Positions 40,101 through 52,349 of a stretch of DNA of 64,000 bases are shown piece by piece (the stretch's first letter is position 1; each line of letters begins with the position of its first letter). The stretch is from Antedon mediterranea (taxonomy: Eukaryota; Animalia; Echinodermata): positions 5,681,888-5,745,887 of the forward strand of contig NC_092676.1 of the NCBI RefSeq assembly GCF_964355755.1, in the 5' to 3' direction. A program made the translations under genes and the position numbers. Under the pieces are notes generated by a model. That model made no database searches. It had not been told where the DNA came from and saw nothing but the letters and a program-made list of their open reading frames with translations.

Positions 40101-43100
40101 AAAAACAATGTACAGTAACAATTACAATATTTAAGCTGTTTGATATGTCAACTTTTATTTTCGAAATACATTTTTGAATTATTTTAATAATCTTTCAGTC
40201 AATGATAAGGACATTATCTACATAGTAAATGCTGATGAGTATTCTTGAATTAGGCAAAAATTAACTGTTAAAATAATAATGTGTTATTCTCATTATCACA
40301 AATTCTATAGAAAATTCAAAATATTTATTATCTACTTAATGTATTTATCATTTTTATGTATTTAATTAAATCTCTTTAAATAATGACCAATAAAAAATTA
40401 TTGATAATCTTTAAAAAAATAAATAATTTATTAATAATGGTTAAATGTTACCGCATAATATTCAGTATTATAAATTATTTTATTATTTATTTAAAAACAA
40501 ATTCAACGAAGGAATCAATATGAGTCAAAATACTTACAGGCGTTTCAGTGCTATCAATCTATCAAATACATTGGCTGGCAATGTACTTATTTGGTTGCTG
40601 CTCAAACTCCTTCAAAATAAAAGAAAGGTACAGTAACAACTACAATATTCAAGTTGTTTGAAATGTCAACTTTTATTTTCGAAATACATTTTGAATTATT
40701 TTAATAGTCTTTCAGTCAATGATAGGGACATTATCTACATAGTAAATGCTGACAAGTATTCTTTAATTAGGCAAAAATTAACTGTTAAAATAATAATGTG
40801 TTATTCTCATTATCACAAATTCTATAGAAAATTTTAAATATTTATTATCATCCTAATGTTTTTAACATTTTATGTATTTAATTAAATTTCTAATGATCAA
40901 TGAACAATTATAGATAATCTTTAAAAAATGAATAATTTATTAATAATGGTTAAATAATGTTACTGCATAATATTCAGTATTATTAATTATTGTATTGTTT
41001 ATTTAAAAACAAATTAAACGAAGGAATTAATATGAGTCAAAATACTTACAATATTGTCAGTGCTGTCAATCTATCAAATGAATTGGCTGGCAATGTACGT
41101 ATTTTATTAAAGCCCCAATGCCTTCAAAGTAAAAACAATGTACAGTAACAATTACAATATTCAAGTTGTTTGATATTTCAACTTTTATTTTTCGATATAC
41201 ATTTTTGAATTATTTTAATAGTCTTTCAGTCAATGATAGGGACATTATCTACATAGTAAATGCTGATGAGTATTCTTTAACTAGGTAAAAATTAACTGTT
41301 AAAATAATAATGTGTTATTCTCATTATCACAAATTCTATAGAAGATTCTTAATATTTATTATCATCTTAATGTATTTATCATTTTTATGTATTTAATTAA
41401 ATCTCTTTAAATATTGACCAATGAACAATTATTGATAATCTTTAAAAAATTAATAATTTATTAACAAGGCCAACAGCCATAAGTTGCGTAATAAAATGCA
41501 TAGTGATACCGGACCGACAGACCGACAGACCGACCGACCGACATAGGGAACTATAGAGTCGCGTCCACGCGACTAATAATGGTTAAATAATGTTACTGCC
41601 TAATAATATTCAGTATTATAAACTATTTTATTATTTATTTTAAAACAAATAAAACGAAGGAATTAATATGAGTCAAAATACTTACAGTAATGTCAGTGCT
41701 GTCAGTCTATCAAATACATTGGCTGGCAATGTACTTATTTTGTTTCTGTACAAATCCCTTCAAAGTAAAAACAATGTGCAGTAACAATTACAATATTCAA
41801 GCTGTTTAGAATCTCAACTTTTATTTTCGATATACATTTTTGAATTATTTTGTATAGTCTTTCAGTCAATGATAGGAACATTATCTACATAGTAAATGCT
41901 GATGAGTATTTTTTATTTAGGCAAAAAGTAACTGGTAAAATGATAATGTGTTATTCTCATTATCACAAATTCTATAGAAAATTCAAAATATTTATTATCA
42001 TCTTAATGTATTTATCATTTTTATGTATTTAATTAAATCTCTTTAAATAATGATCAATGAACTTTTATTGATAATCTTTACAAAAAATGAATAATTTATT
42101 AATAATGGTTAAATGTTACCGCATAATATTCAGTATTATAAATTATTTTATTATTTATTTAAAAACAAATTAAACGAAGGAATCAATATGAGTCAAAATA
42201 CTTACAGCCATGTCAATGCTGTCAATCTATCAAATACATTGGCTGGCAATGTACTTATTTGGTTGATTCTCAAACTCCTTCAAAATAAAAGAAAGGTACA
42301 GTAACAACTACAATATTCAAGTTGTTTGAAATGTCAACTTTTATTTTCGAAATACATTTGGAATGATTGTAATAGTCTTTCAGTCAAAGATAGGGACATT
42401 ATCTACATAGTAAATGCTGATAAGTATTCTTTAATTAGGCAAAAATTAACTGTTAAAATAATAATGTGTTATTCTCATTATCACAAATTCTATAGAAAAT
42501 TCAAAATATTTATTATCATCTTAATGTATTTATCATTTTTATGTATTTAATTAAATCTCTTTAAATAATAATCAATGAACAATTATTGATAATCTTTAAA
42601 AATGAATAATTTATTAATAATGGTTAAATAATGTTACTGCATAATATTCAGTAGTATAATTTATTTTATTATTTAATTAAAAACAAATTAAACGAAGGAA
42701 TTGATATGAGTCAAAATACTTACAGATGTGTCAGTGCTGTCAATCTATCAAATACATTGGCTGGCAATGTGCTTATTTGGTTATTGTACAAAAACCTTCA
42801 AAGTAAAAACAATGTACAGTAACAATTACAATATTCAAGCTGTTTGATATGTTAACTTTATTTCTCATATACATTTTGAATTATTATAATAGTTTTTCAG
42901 TCAATGGTAGGGACATTATCTACATAGTAAATGCTGATGAGTATTTTTTAATTAGGCAAAAATTAACTGTTACAATAATAATGTGTTATTCCCATTATCA
43001 CAATTTCTGTAGAAAATAATTCTAAATATTTATTATCATCTTCATGTATTTATCATTTTTATGTATTTAATTAAATCTTTTTAAATAATGATCAATGAAC

Positions 43101-44331
43101 AAGTATTGATAATCTGTAAAAAAGGAATAATTTATTAATAATGGTTAAATAATGTTACTGCATAATATTCAGTATTATAAATTATTTTCTTATTTATTTA
43201 AAAACAAATTAAACGAAGGAATTAATATGAGTCAAAATACTTACAGGTGTGTCAATGCTGTCAATCTATCAAATACATTGGCTGGCAATGTACTTATCCG
43301 GTTAAAACTCAAATCCCTTCAATGTAAAAGAAAAGTACATTAACAATTACAATATTTGATATTCCATTCATACAGGTATAGGCCTACAGTGATTGTGCTT
43401 GGGGTATATAAAGTGACCCCACAAAATGAAATTATTTCTGATAACTCTAAGTACTAAATTTCAAATTGTCATTAGGTCATTATTACATATTTTAAAATAT
43501 ATATTATATATATTTTTAAATTCCACGTTTTATAATAAACTTACAATGAAATGTTTGCACTGACAATAACCATATACTTACAACTCTGTTACTGGAATAT
43601 GATCATTATACTCGTTGATGGTTGCGATGTTATTAATACTCCATGGAGGACGACATTCCACTCTGTGACCGTAAGTAGACCAATTAGGCGCACCACATTC
43701 ACAGTCGGCTGGACATTCTGCATTTGGACAACTCGGAGATACATCAGGAAAGAAAAAGGGGAAACTGTCTTGTATTCAAAATATATGTAGTGTTACAAAT
43801 GCAATCAAATCAAATATAATGTCTAGCTGTGACCGCTCAATTAAATATAATTCGAATCAGATAAAAAAAAATGAATTCACAATCACGTAAAAATAAATAC
43901 TGTATAGTACTGTATATAAACAAAAGTTGAACATTAACATTTAAATCAGATTGTCTTCGAAGTTTAATAACAGTACTGTTGTTTTAAACCAACAAAACAG
44001 TATAGTTTGTATGAGGCATACTGTTCAAAGACAGGGCTAAAACATACTAACAAATAGTATCAAATACTAAACAGTTAGTTAATGAAAATAACACACTCAT
44101 TAGTATAATTATTATACTGTATTACTTATCAATGCATAAAGAAAATTTAAAGAATGAAGCAATCATACCGGAAAGGGCGAAGTCACTGCCACTACTATCA
44201 TAGTCAGACTGATAAGTGTAAATGGTAAAGTTACCAGAATAACTGAAATAGTAACTAAAACAACGAGAACAAGGTAATACAGCCAATATAACAATACAAT
44301 ACAGTAGTATGATTCCTCTCAAGATGAACAT
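36177..44331 (-). CDS. LRR-containing GPCR (type C LGR, RXFP/GRL101-like), copy 1, ~695 aa, 13 coding exons
   Basis: Exons in transcript order: 44331-44169 (signal peptide MFILRGIILLYCIVILAVLPCSRC), 43768-43582 (LRRNT CPADCECG...VEC), eight 72-nt LRR exons (43316-43245, 42795-42724, 42277-42206, 41757-41686, 41121-41050, 40609-40538, 40091-40020, 39221-39150), 38382-38308, 37696-37625, 37191-36177 (hinge + 7TM). All GT-AG; total 2088 nt in frame. The exon 1/2 junction is the least certain. Confidence 0.9.
37625..37696 (-). CDS. LGR copy 1 last LRR exon (72 nt)
   Basis: WLQGKNLQNYRDRTFEELNNLKEL, AG/GT flanks, phase 2-2. Confidence 0.9.
38308..38382 (-). CDS. LGR copy 1 penultimate LRR exon (75 nt)
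   Basis: YLQENAITTIKPGAFSSFASTLSRL, AG/GT flanks, phase 2-2. Confidence 0.9.
39792..39913. mobile_element. Small Helentron/DINE-like insertion in an array intron
   Basis: aacaa..ccaacagccataagttgcgt, (gacc/gaca)n microsatellite, terminal hairpin agtcgcg-tcca-cgcgact; interrupts the standard intron unit. Confidence 0.65.
41463..41576. mobile_element. Second copy of the Helentron/DINE-like insertion at the homologous intron position
   Basis: Same sequence and insertion point as 39792-39913, with a shorter microsatellite. Confidence 0.65.
43582..43768 (-). CDS. LGR copy 1 exon 2: LRR N-terminal cap
   Basis: SFPFFFPDVSPSCPNAECPADCECGAPNWSTYGHRVECRPPWSINNIATINEYNDHIPVTEL; gtaagt donor, phase 2. 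Acceptor is either 43768 (phase 1) or 43764 (phase 2). Confidence 0.85.
44169..44331 (-). CDS. LGR copy 1 exon 1: signal peptide and Ser/Tyr-rich N-terminus
   Basis: aagATG, hydrophobic core IILLYCIVILAVL; donor G|gtatga is phase compatible with exon 2. Confidence 0.75.
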
Positions 44332-44676
44332 CTTCTTCAATCGTAATCAATTTAATAAACTTTACTTCTGCGAGTCCACTCAGTATATGAACAATATACT
44401 TTGTTACTATCTTTATTTACCTGTATTTATTAAACTTTTTTTAAAATATTAAACATTTAGATACCGTCACCGGATGCATTAATAAAATTATGAGTTGTTA
44501 ATATTTTATAATATTTTTTTATCCATGTGAGCACAAGATTTTTAAAACACATGGACCCAGAATTGTTGAAAAGTGCTAAGTTTGATTAAAGAGAATACAT
44601 TTTGTAGGTATAATCTAGACTGGGTGCTAAGCGAATAACAAACAAATGGGAGAAGGTGGTATCTGAAAAGTTAGAA

Positions 44677-47675
44677 ATAGATGGTACGCTCGCTTCGCTC
44701 GCGTACCATCTAGGTCGTGCCCACAGATGGTTCTCGAATACACTGTAATTTCAGGGTAAAAAATCTGGCGATTTCAAATGCACGTACCGCAGGACTATAA
44801 TACATTGTCGTTTACAGAAACGAATAAGTAGACACAATGATTTATGTAGTCAACCAAAATTAGCACCCTGGGAATTACTTCCGAAAGAGAAACTTACCAC
44901 AAAATGAGTCCAAATTGTTTATTCATTTAAAGAAACCCAATTAGGGTTGAGGGATGGGAAAGAGGATAGGTACAAAGAGGAACAATTTTTAAATATATTC
45001 TTTATCCACGTCAGTAACGAAATATTGTTTTCATTTTTTATAGGCCTATAAATAATATACCACTAACGGTGACTAAATATAGTAAAACATTTGCGATTTA
45101 ATAATTTGTTAAAACTGTCACTGTCATAGTCGATTGAAATAGTAAAGTACATGTAACAATACACCACTACGACGTTTATATTTTTTGTAATTATTAATTA
45201 ATGCAAACGTTGAGAAGCAACTGTCAGTAATAAAGTTTATTTGTATATTACGTGTGTATATATCTAACAGTAGAGCCTACCCATAATCACACTAATAAAG
45301 TTTATTTGTATATATTTTTTTACATCTAACAGTATTCACAGTAAGAAATGTTTGTATATATTTTTTTACATCTAACAGTATTCACAGTAAGAAATGTTCG
45401 ATTCAAATGACGACCAAAAATGGTTAATATGTATTTGCAGTACTGTATTGTCAAAGTATTGCAAGTTTATTCTCCAAGGGCTCATAAATTTACCTACTTG
45501 TGTTAAACCAAACTGGCAGACTGAGAGATTGGAATGTTCCATTCATCGCAAATCAATACATTTGTAAAAACGTAAATTAAATCTATCAAAATATTATTTT
45601 TTAAAGAAAATCGGCCTGTCTTCAACATTATGATGCTGTACTCGAGCAGTTCAACCGGTTTTCAGCTATTAAAAACAATTATCGTAGGAGGAGATAGGAA
45701 AATACGAAGCGTCCTCGTATTATTGTGTGCGGGTATTTTTCAAGTTGGACATCCATTAGACAGTGTATACCACGATCGGAAAACACCCCTATTTGGGGCA
45801 AATCGTTGAACCTAAATTCGTTTTAATCGTCAATAACTAATTATCTAACTCAATTTAATTAGTAAACAGGGTTACATCAGGTGGTTAAAATCAGTACCGA
45901 AAGTATGAACCAACTTTATATACCATCGAGTAAAAATTCTAGAAATAAACCGCGTTTTATCGAATTTTGCCCTTACGTAAATTTATATAACTAGATGGCA
46001 CGCTCGCTTCGCTCGCGTACCATCTAGGTCGTGCCCACAGATGGTTCTCGAATACACAGTATTTCCAGCGAGAAAAAAATGGAGATATCAAATGTACGTA
46101 CCGCAGGACTATAATACATTGTCGTTTACAGAAACGAATAAATATACACAATGATTTATGTAGTCAACCAAAATTAGCACCCTGGGAATTACTTCCGAGA
46201 GAGAAACAAAATGAGTCAAATTTTTTTATTTGGACTCATTTAAACAAACCCAATTTGTGTTTTGTATGTAACATTAAGGGTTGAGGGATGGGGGAAGAAT
46301 ATAGGTACAAAGAGGAAACATTTTAAAATATATTCTTATCCACTCAGTAACGAAATATTGTTTTTAATGTTTTATAGGCCTATAAATAATATACCACTAA
46401 ATACAGTAAAACATTTACGATTTAATACGGTACTTTGTTAAAACTCTCACTGTCATAGTCGATTGAAATAGTAAAGTACATGTAACGATACACCACTACG
46501 ACGTTTATATATTTTTAAATTATTAATTAATACAAACGTTGAGAAGCAACTGTCAGTAATAACGTTTATTTATTTGTATATTATATGTTTATAATCTAAC
46601 AGCAGGGCCTACCCACACTCACAGTAATAAAGATTATTTGTATATATTTTTATATTACATCTAACAGTACCAACACTCACAGTAAGAAATTTGCGATTCA
46701 AATTGCGATCAAAAGTGGTTAATACCTTAACAGTATTGTACAGCATTGCAATACTATTTATGTTTATTCTCCAAGGGGGCCCATAAATCTAAATCTATAC
46801 CTCTATGGTTAAACCAAATAATTTGGAATGTTTATTTGTATATTATATGTTTATAATCTAACAGTAGGGCCTACCCACACTCACAGTAATAAAGTTTATT
46901 TGTATATATTTTTATATTACATCTAACAGTACCAACACTCACAGTAAGAAATTTGCGATTCAAATTGCGATCAAAAGTGGTTAATACCTTAACAGTATTG
47001 TACAGCATTGCAATACTATTTATTTTTGTGGATTTTTACTTTTATGTTAAACCAAGACAACGAAAAGGAATAAAATTACCTTCGTGACGTTTCGCCGACA
47101 ATCTGTCAGCTGCTTCAGACTAATGCCTGGGTTGGAATACTATTTATGTTTATTCTCCAAGGGGGCCCATAAATCTAAATATATACCTGTATGGTTAAAC
47201 CAAATAATTTGGAATGTTCCATTCATCACAAATCAATACATTTGTAAAAACGTATATTAAATGTATCAAAATAGTATTTTTTAAAGAAAATCGGCCTGTC
47301 TTCAACATTATGATGCTGTACTCGAACTGTTCAACCGGTTTTCAGCTATTAAAAACAATTATCGTAGGAGGAGATAGGAAAATGCGAAGCCTCCTCGCAT
47401 TTTTGTGGCGGGTATTTTTCAAGATGGACATCCATTAGACAGTGTATACCACGATCGGAAAACACCCCTATTTGGGGCAAATCGTTGAACCTAAATTCGT
47501 TTTAATCGTCAATAACTAATTATCTAACTTAATTTAATTAGTAAACAGGGTTACATCAGGTGGTTAAAATCAGTACCGAAAGTACGAACCAACTTTATAT
47601 ACCATCGAGTAAAAATTCTAGAAGTAAGGCGCGATTTACCGAATTTTGCCCTTACGTAAATTTATATATAGAAGA
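44677..47675 (-). mobile_element. Head-to-tail dimer of a non-autonomous Helitron (44677-45990 and 45991-47675)
   Basis: On -: 5' a|TCTTCTATATATA, 3' hairpin tagatggtacgc-gagcgaagcga-gcgtgccatCTAG. The two units are collinear. The element is absent from the paralogous site at ~31565-31590. Confidence 0.8.
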
Positions 47676-48678
47676 TTCCTAATACTGTATAGAGGTCGTT
47701 ATATTATTGCACATTTTGATTCATATCTATATAAAACAAGCTTATGACGATTATTTTTCATGTTTTTCTTTTAATTAAAGTAAAAATTATTTTGTTTCAG
47801 TTTTAGGTAAAATAGGGAAGTAGTTAAAAGTAAAGAATACTGATTGGTAAGCAGGAGCTGAAATTAACAGAAAAAAAATTACAGGTGTAAATCAGTGTAA
47901 GAAATAAAGTTGACGCAGGTATAACAATCACATGTGTATTTCTAATATAGATGTAGGTGTTATTATGAATTACGCATATAACATAATGAATTTGATGAAG
48001 TATTGATCGTTGTAATCAAAGTTAAAAATACGCAGGTGGAACGCCATTGCCACGTCAGCCAATCAACGACTGACAACGGTAAATGAAGATTCAGCCAATA
48101 AAATTTAAGCAGAAACATGTTAATTTTTTAGTGAAATGTGTTATGGTCATTATCAAAGCCATTTTGCTATGTGCATAATTGATAACAATGCACTAACATT
48201 ATTTTCATATGTCACAACTTTAAATCGATATATTGAATTCAAATTGTTCGTCTTTTCGATGCTACAGATTTGAGATTTTGTTTTGAAAATTCCCAGATTT
48301 GTGTACTATTAGTTAGTTTAAAATGTAAATATCTTTTCAACTACATTATTTTCTTTATATTTCTTACGAGCTTTCCTATGTTAATCTTTTATAGGTGATG
48401 ATATTCCGATCCTGTTGGAAATAAGTCCTTGTGTACTTTGATATCTTGGCTTAACCACCCCCTCCCCCGGATATACGCTGTGTTGACGTTTACAAGAAAA
48501 ATGATAACTTTACTGTTATGTTCATAACCCTTTACCGGTACGCCTTTCTTGTTTTGTTTTTCAATTCCTGGCTGCTTGATACTCTTAAAAAATTAATTTT
48601 CTGCTATACGTTTATACATTTATAGCTTGTCTCCCTCTAATTAAAGACCGATATACGCGATTTAATAAGTACTATTAA

Positions 48679-49007
48679 AGATGTAATTGTCCGCCTATAT
48701 TTTTTTCAAAATGTTTGGTTGAATATGCCATCCTAATTTCACATAATAGTTATCCATTTTTACCAAAAATTGGATCGAAAAAAAAAATTATTTATCCGAA
48801 AAAACTGTAATTTAAAGCAAACATAGTCAGCCAATGGATTTTTGGTTGTATAGGCTATAACCATTTTTTTGTCATTTCATAAGTGAAAACATTGTTTTTT
48901 CCTCTTTTTTTTTCTACTGAAGTGATTAACTTTATTAAAACTACAAAATAATTAAAAGTCTTATTTAAGTAATCTTCATTTTTCATGTTTTTGGGGACAA
49001 TACATAT
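48679..49007. mobile_element. Kolobok-like TIR element (family B), paralogue of 32747-33280 without the nested MITE
   Basis: ttaa|agatgtaattgtcc ... ggggacaatacatat|ttaa. Confidence 0.65.
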
Positions 49008-51334
49008 TTAATAGTAAAGGATTATTTAAACACTGTTTTATGTTTGTACCGTATAACCTCATAATATGTAATAGTTTATTTCATCTGTTTTGTTTTACTA
49101 TCAAATGTTATTTCGTTCGGACCCCATAATTGATGCATGGCTTACACAGTTCTCATTATATAACTTACAAATTTATCCAAAGATTGTTTTATCTTTGTTT
49201 AAAGTTTGTTTTGTTGACGTTTTATATATTATTATAATTTTAATAAGGAGTTTTTTTATATAAGGAGTTATAGTTAACTCCTTGTTACTATCCTGTTTCT
49301 TATTGTATATTATCATCCTTTCCTTCTCCTACGTTTTTGTATCTCGAGTATCTCTAAAACGTGTACACATAACATTTCATAATTTTGTCAACATTTGAAC
49401 ATTTACATTTGTATATTGTATATCTTATATTGATGATATGCAGCAGAAACTTCCAATAGTTAGGCTAATGTTGCCCATTAAGTTGTAAGGTTGATCGTGA
49501 AAATCAAAACGATAATGAATATTATCACTAGCGTTCTGATTTTTACCAGCTTATAGCAACCCATTCATGGAATGATAAAGAAATCTATCTGTACGGCGAC
49601 TGTAGAATAAACCCGAGATATGCCTTACTTCTTACTACTTTTTAGACGATAAAAGATTAGAATATTTTGTATAGTAAAGAGTTATACAATGCATACTGTA
49701 CGTTTTATTTTTAATAAATTGTGCAATTTGCGGTATTTACCATTATTATCAATATTGCCAGCCACGTTTTACATATTCAATATTGATCTTGACCTACCCA
49801 CCAAAGTTATCGATCACTCTGCTAATAATATCATGAAACAAACTAAAATTACATTCACACGAATATTTTATTTTACGGAAGGGAAGACGGCGTCGTTATT
49901 ATTTACCAAAACGGTATCGTCTTCCGTTCCGTGAAGTATAATGTAAGCGGTATCCGGATAAATAACTAAGCCTGTGTCCTATGATTTAAGTGAGCATACG
50001 ATCGTTGGTAAAAGTTACTGCAAGCTGTATGTTAAAGCAACACTAAGAAGACAGAAAACATCTTAATATACTGTGTGGAGCAAGCTGTGTGTGTCATTTG
50101 GCGGAGCAACCTCACGATAAAGAAATATTGTATGTATAGTTTTTTGGCGAACTGTGTTGTGTTGTTTTTGTTTGAAAACTCAAATTATAACACAATGCCC
50201 TCTTCTTTATTTTCTTAATGCTGCTTTTAATAGCAATACAAATATTAATGACAATCAAGTAAGAACATAATATAAATAATGGAATAACAGAATAATACTG
50301 TATATCGGAAGTTTGATTAAATACTCCTTAAGTTGTTCGCATTTAAGTTTGATACTCCTTAAGTTACTTTTAAAATTCCTTAATCTTACAAAAGTAGTAC
50401 GTCAAAACATTCCCAAGCAAAATGAATCAATTCCTTCTTCTTTAAATCTACTAAATCGTCAAATAATTAATAATATTACAAAAATTGTCGAATTGTTTAA
50501 ATCTACCTAAATCTTCACATTATTTTACGTAACGGAAAATTTCAGTAAATCGAGCCTTAACTTCTTAAGTCTTTACTCAATGGTACATTGCATACTTCAG
50601 AACCAATTTTTACCAATTTAAAACAACTTTGTCAAAAAGTATTCGTTTTTGTGCACAAATTTTCAAACAAATAAAGATTCACAAACTCACTTATAATGTA
50701 TACAAAATACAATTAAACTTAAATCGATGAAATTCAACACATTGTGATCAGATATTCAAAATAATTAATCATTATTAAGAATGTATGTTTAAGTTTTTAG
50801 CTTAAATTTAATTCACGTTTTATCACATTGTTCTTTTCATACCTATCTAACATACAATCATCACCATATCTGGTTAAATTTAAATTGTCTTAGTACAGTA
50901 TAAGTAAAGTGTTAAATAAAATTGATTTAGAAACAATGAAATAAAATTTGATACTTCCATAATATTATTTACTTGTCATATGCGTATTTAAACGTTAAGC
51001 AAATAAATATCGTTTTTACAGATGTCAAACAACTTGATAGGTTAACTCGAGAAATTAAAAGCCATTAAATAATTTATCAAGTGTATTGTTATAAACCAGT
51101 GAACGTATATAGGACTGATAAAATCCTAAGATATAAACGAACAGTGTTTGAAAATTTTAACTTAACGTTCTGTATAATATTTGAAATAGATTACAATAAA
51201 TTTAAACCATTGTTATAAAATATATAATACATTTAAATCCCAAAGCGGGTGCTAAAGATTACATGAATACGATAAATGAACATTTAATAGGCAAAAACAA
51301 GACCAAAGTGTAGAGTTTGCACAATACAATTAAA

Positions 51335-52349
51335 TTACAATGTATTAAGTGGAATCTGTACAACTGCCGGTTGACGCACTTTGCACTTAAACATATATAC
51401 AATTGTGTAAAGATAAGGATTGACTGAGGAGTTGATGGGGATGATGAATGTCGCCGCCCAAGCATATATGTCATCAGGAATTGTCATCCAACCCATCTCA
51501 GAACCAATTGCCATTACTATAATCGGACCCCAGCAACAGAAATCTGTGAAAACTATTAAGCCTAGTTTCCTCACCATTTTCAACTGTTCTTTCCTCATCT
51601 GTCGTCTATTGACAGTGGCCCCCGATCTCTTAACCGATAAGAAGATTACGAGGTAGCTCACTGTTATTACAATGAACCCGATTCCGTTAAATACAACAAA
51701 CATGGCGACTGCATACTCCCAGCCTTGCCAATGACTTTTTGTCAGAGGTAGTGCGAGGCACACACTCTCTTTGCCATAGTAATTATCCCCAAAATATGAA
51801 ATATCTGTTATTGGAAGAAAACTCAGCACAATCCAGAAAAGCCATGCGAAGCCGATAATGATTCGACATTTTGTACGATTGAGGCGTTTCGTACTAAATG
51901 GATTAACAATGTTAATAGCTCGATCCACACTCAGCAGCATCAGTGTAAACACTGAGCATTGCCCAGAGAGTGTAGAAATTGCCCCGGCAAAGCTGCAAAG
52001 GAAACTGCTCTTCCAATCCCTTGCAACTTTGGCATACCGTCCACGATAGTGTACATCCACACTCGCAATGATGATTAAGTAGACAGCCATTAGCAAGTCA
52101 GACACGGCAAGATTAGTAATGAGTGTGGTTTGAACCTTATTTACATTGTTACCTGAATCATTATCCTTTTTAAACTTTCGTGATATGATGACAATCAAAT
52201 TTCCAATGACTGATGACACCCCAATGATCATCATCAATACACGGAGAACTTCGCTTTTTAGTAAGTCTTCACAAGAAGCAAATGCATCAACGGGTTCGCA
52301 GACATCAATGACACCAACAAGGCAACAGAGACGAGAAAAATCCGATTTC
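51335..52349 (-). CDS. LGR copy 2 terminal exon: hinge + 7TM
   Basis: Near-identical to copy 1. Three visible aa changes: SAD>SVD, MAR>MVR, YVW>YAW; stop TAA. Confidence 0.97.

Larger units (their letters stand above)
39150..43316 (-). repeat. Tandem array of ~515-bp exon+intron units, 8 LRR exons (copy 1)
   Basis: Each unit has tttgaag|72-nt exon|gtaagtatt on -. Variants (5' end/3' end): DLSF/TH, FLYN/TH, SLRI/TW, DLYR/TL, HWGF/TI, SLSS/KR, DLWG/TE, SLSS/TE. Confidence 0.95.
31510..44625. repeat. Segmental tandem duplication unit 1 (~13 kb); unit 2 starts ~44625 and runs past the window end
   Basis: ctaagcgaataacaaa..aatg.gagaaggtggtatctg.aaagttagaaa occurs at ~31514 and ~44627. 31600-39300 is collinear with 47680-54420 apart from TE and repeat indels. 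Confidence 0.9.

Noticed and set aside
47020-47135. Penelope-like end fragment inside Helitron unit 2 (gacgtttcgccgac...cttcagact)
   Set aside because: Too short to classify from sequence alone.
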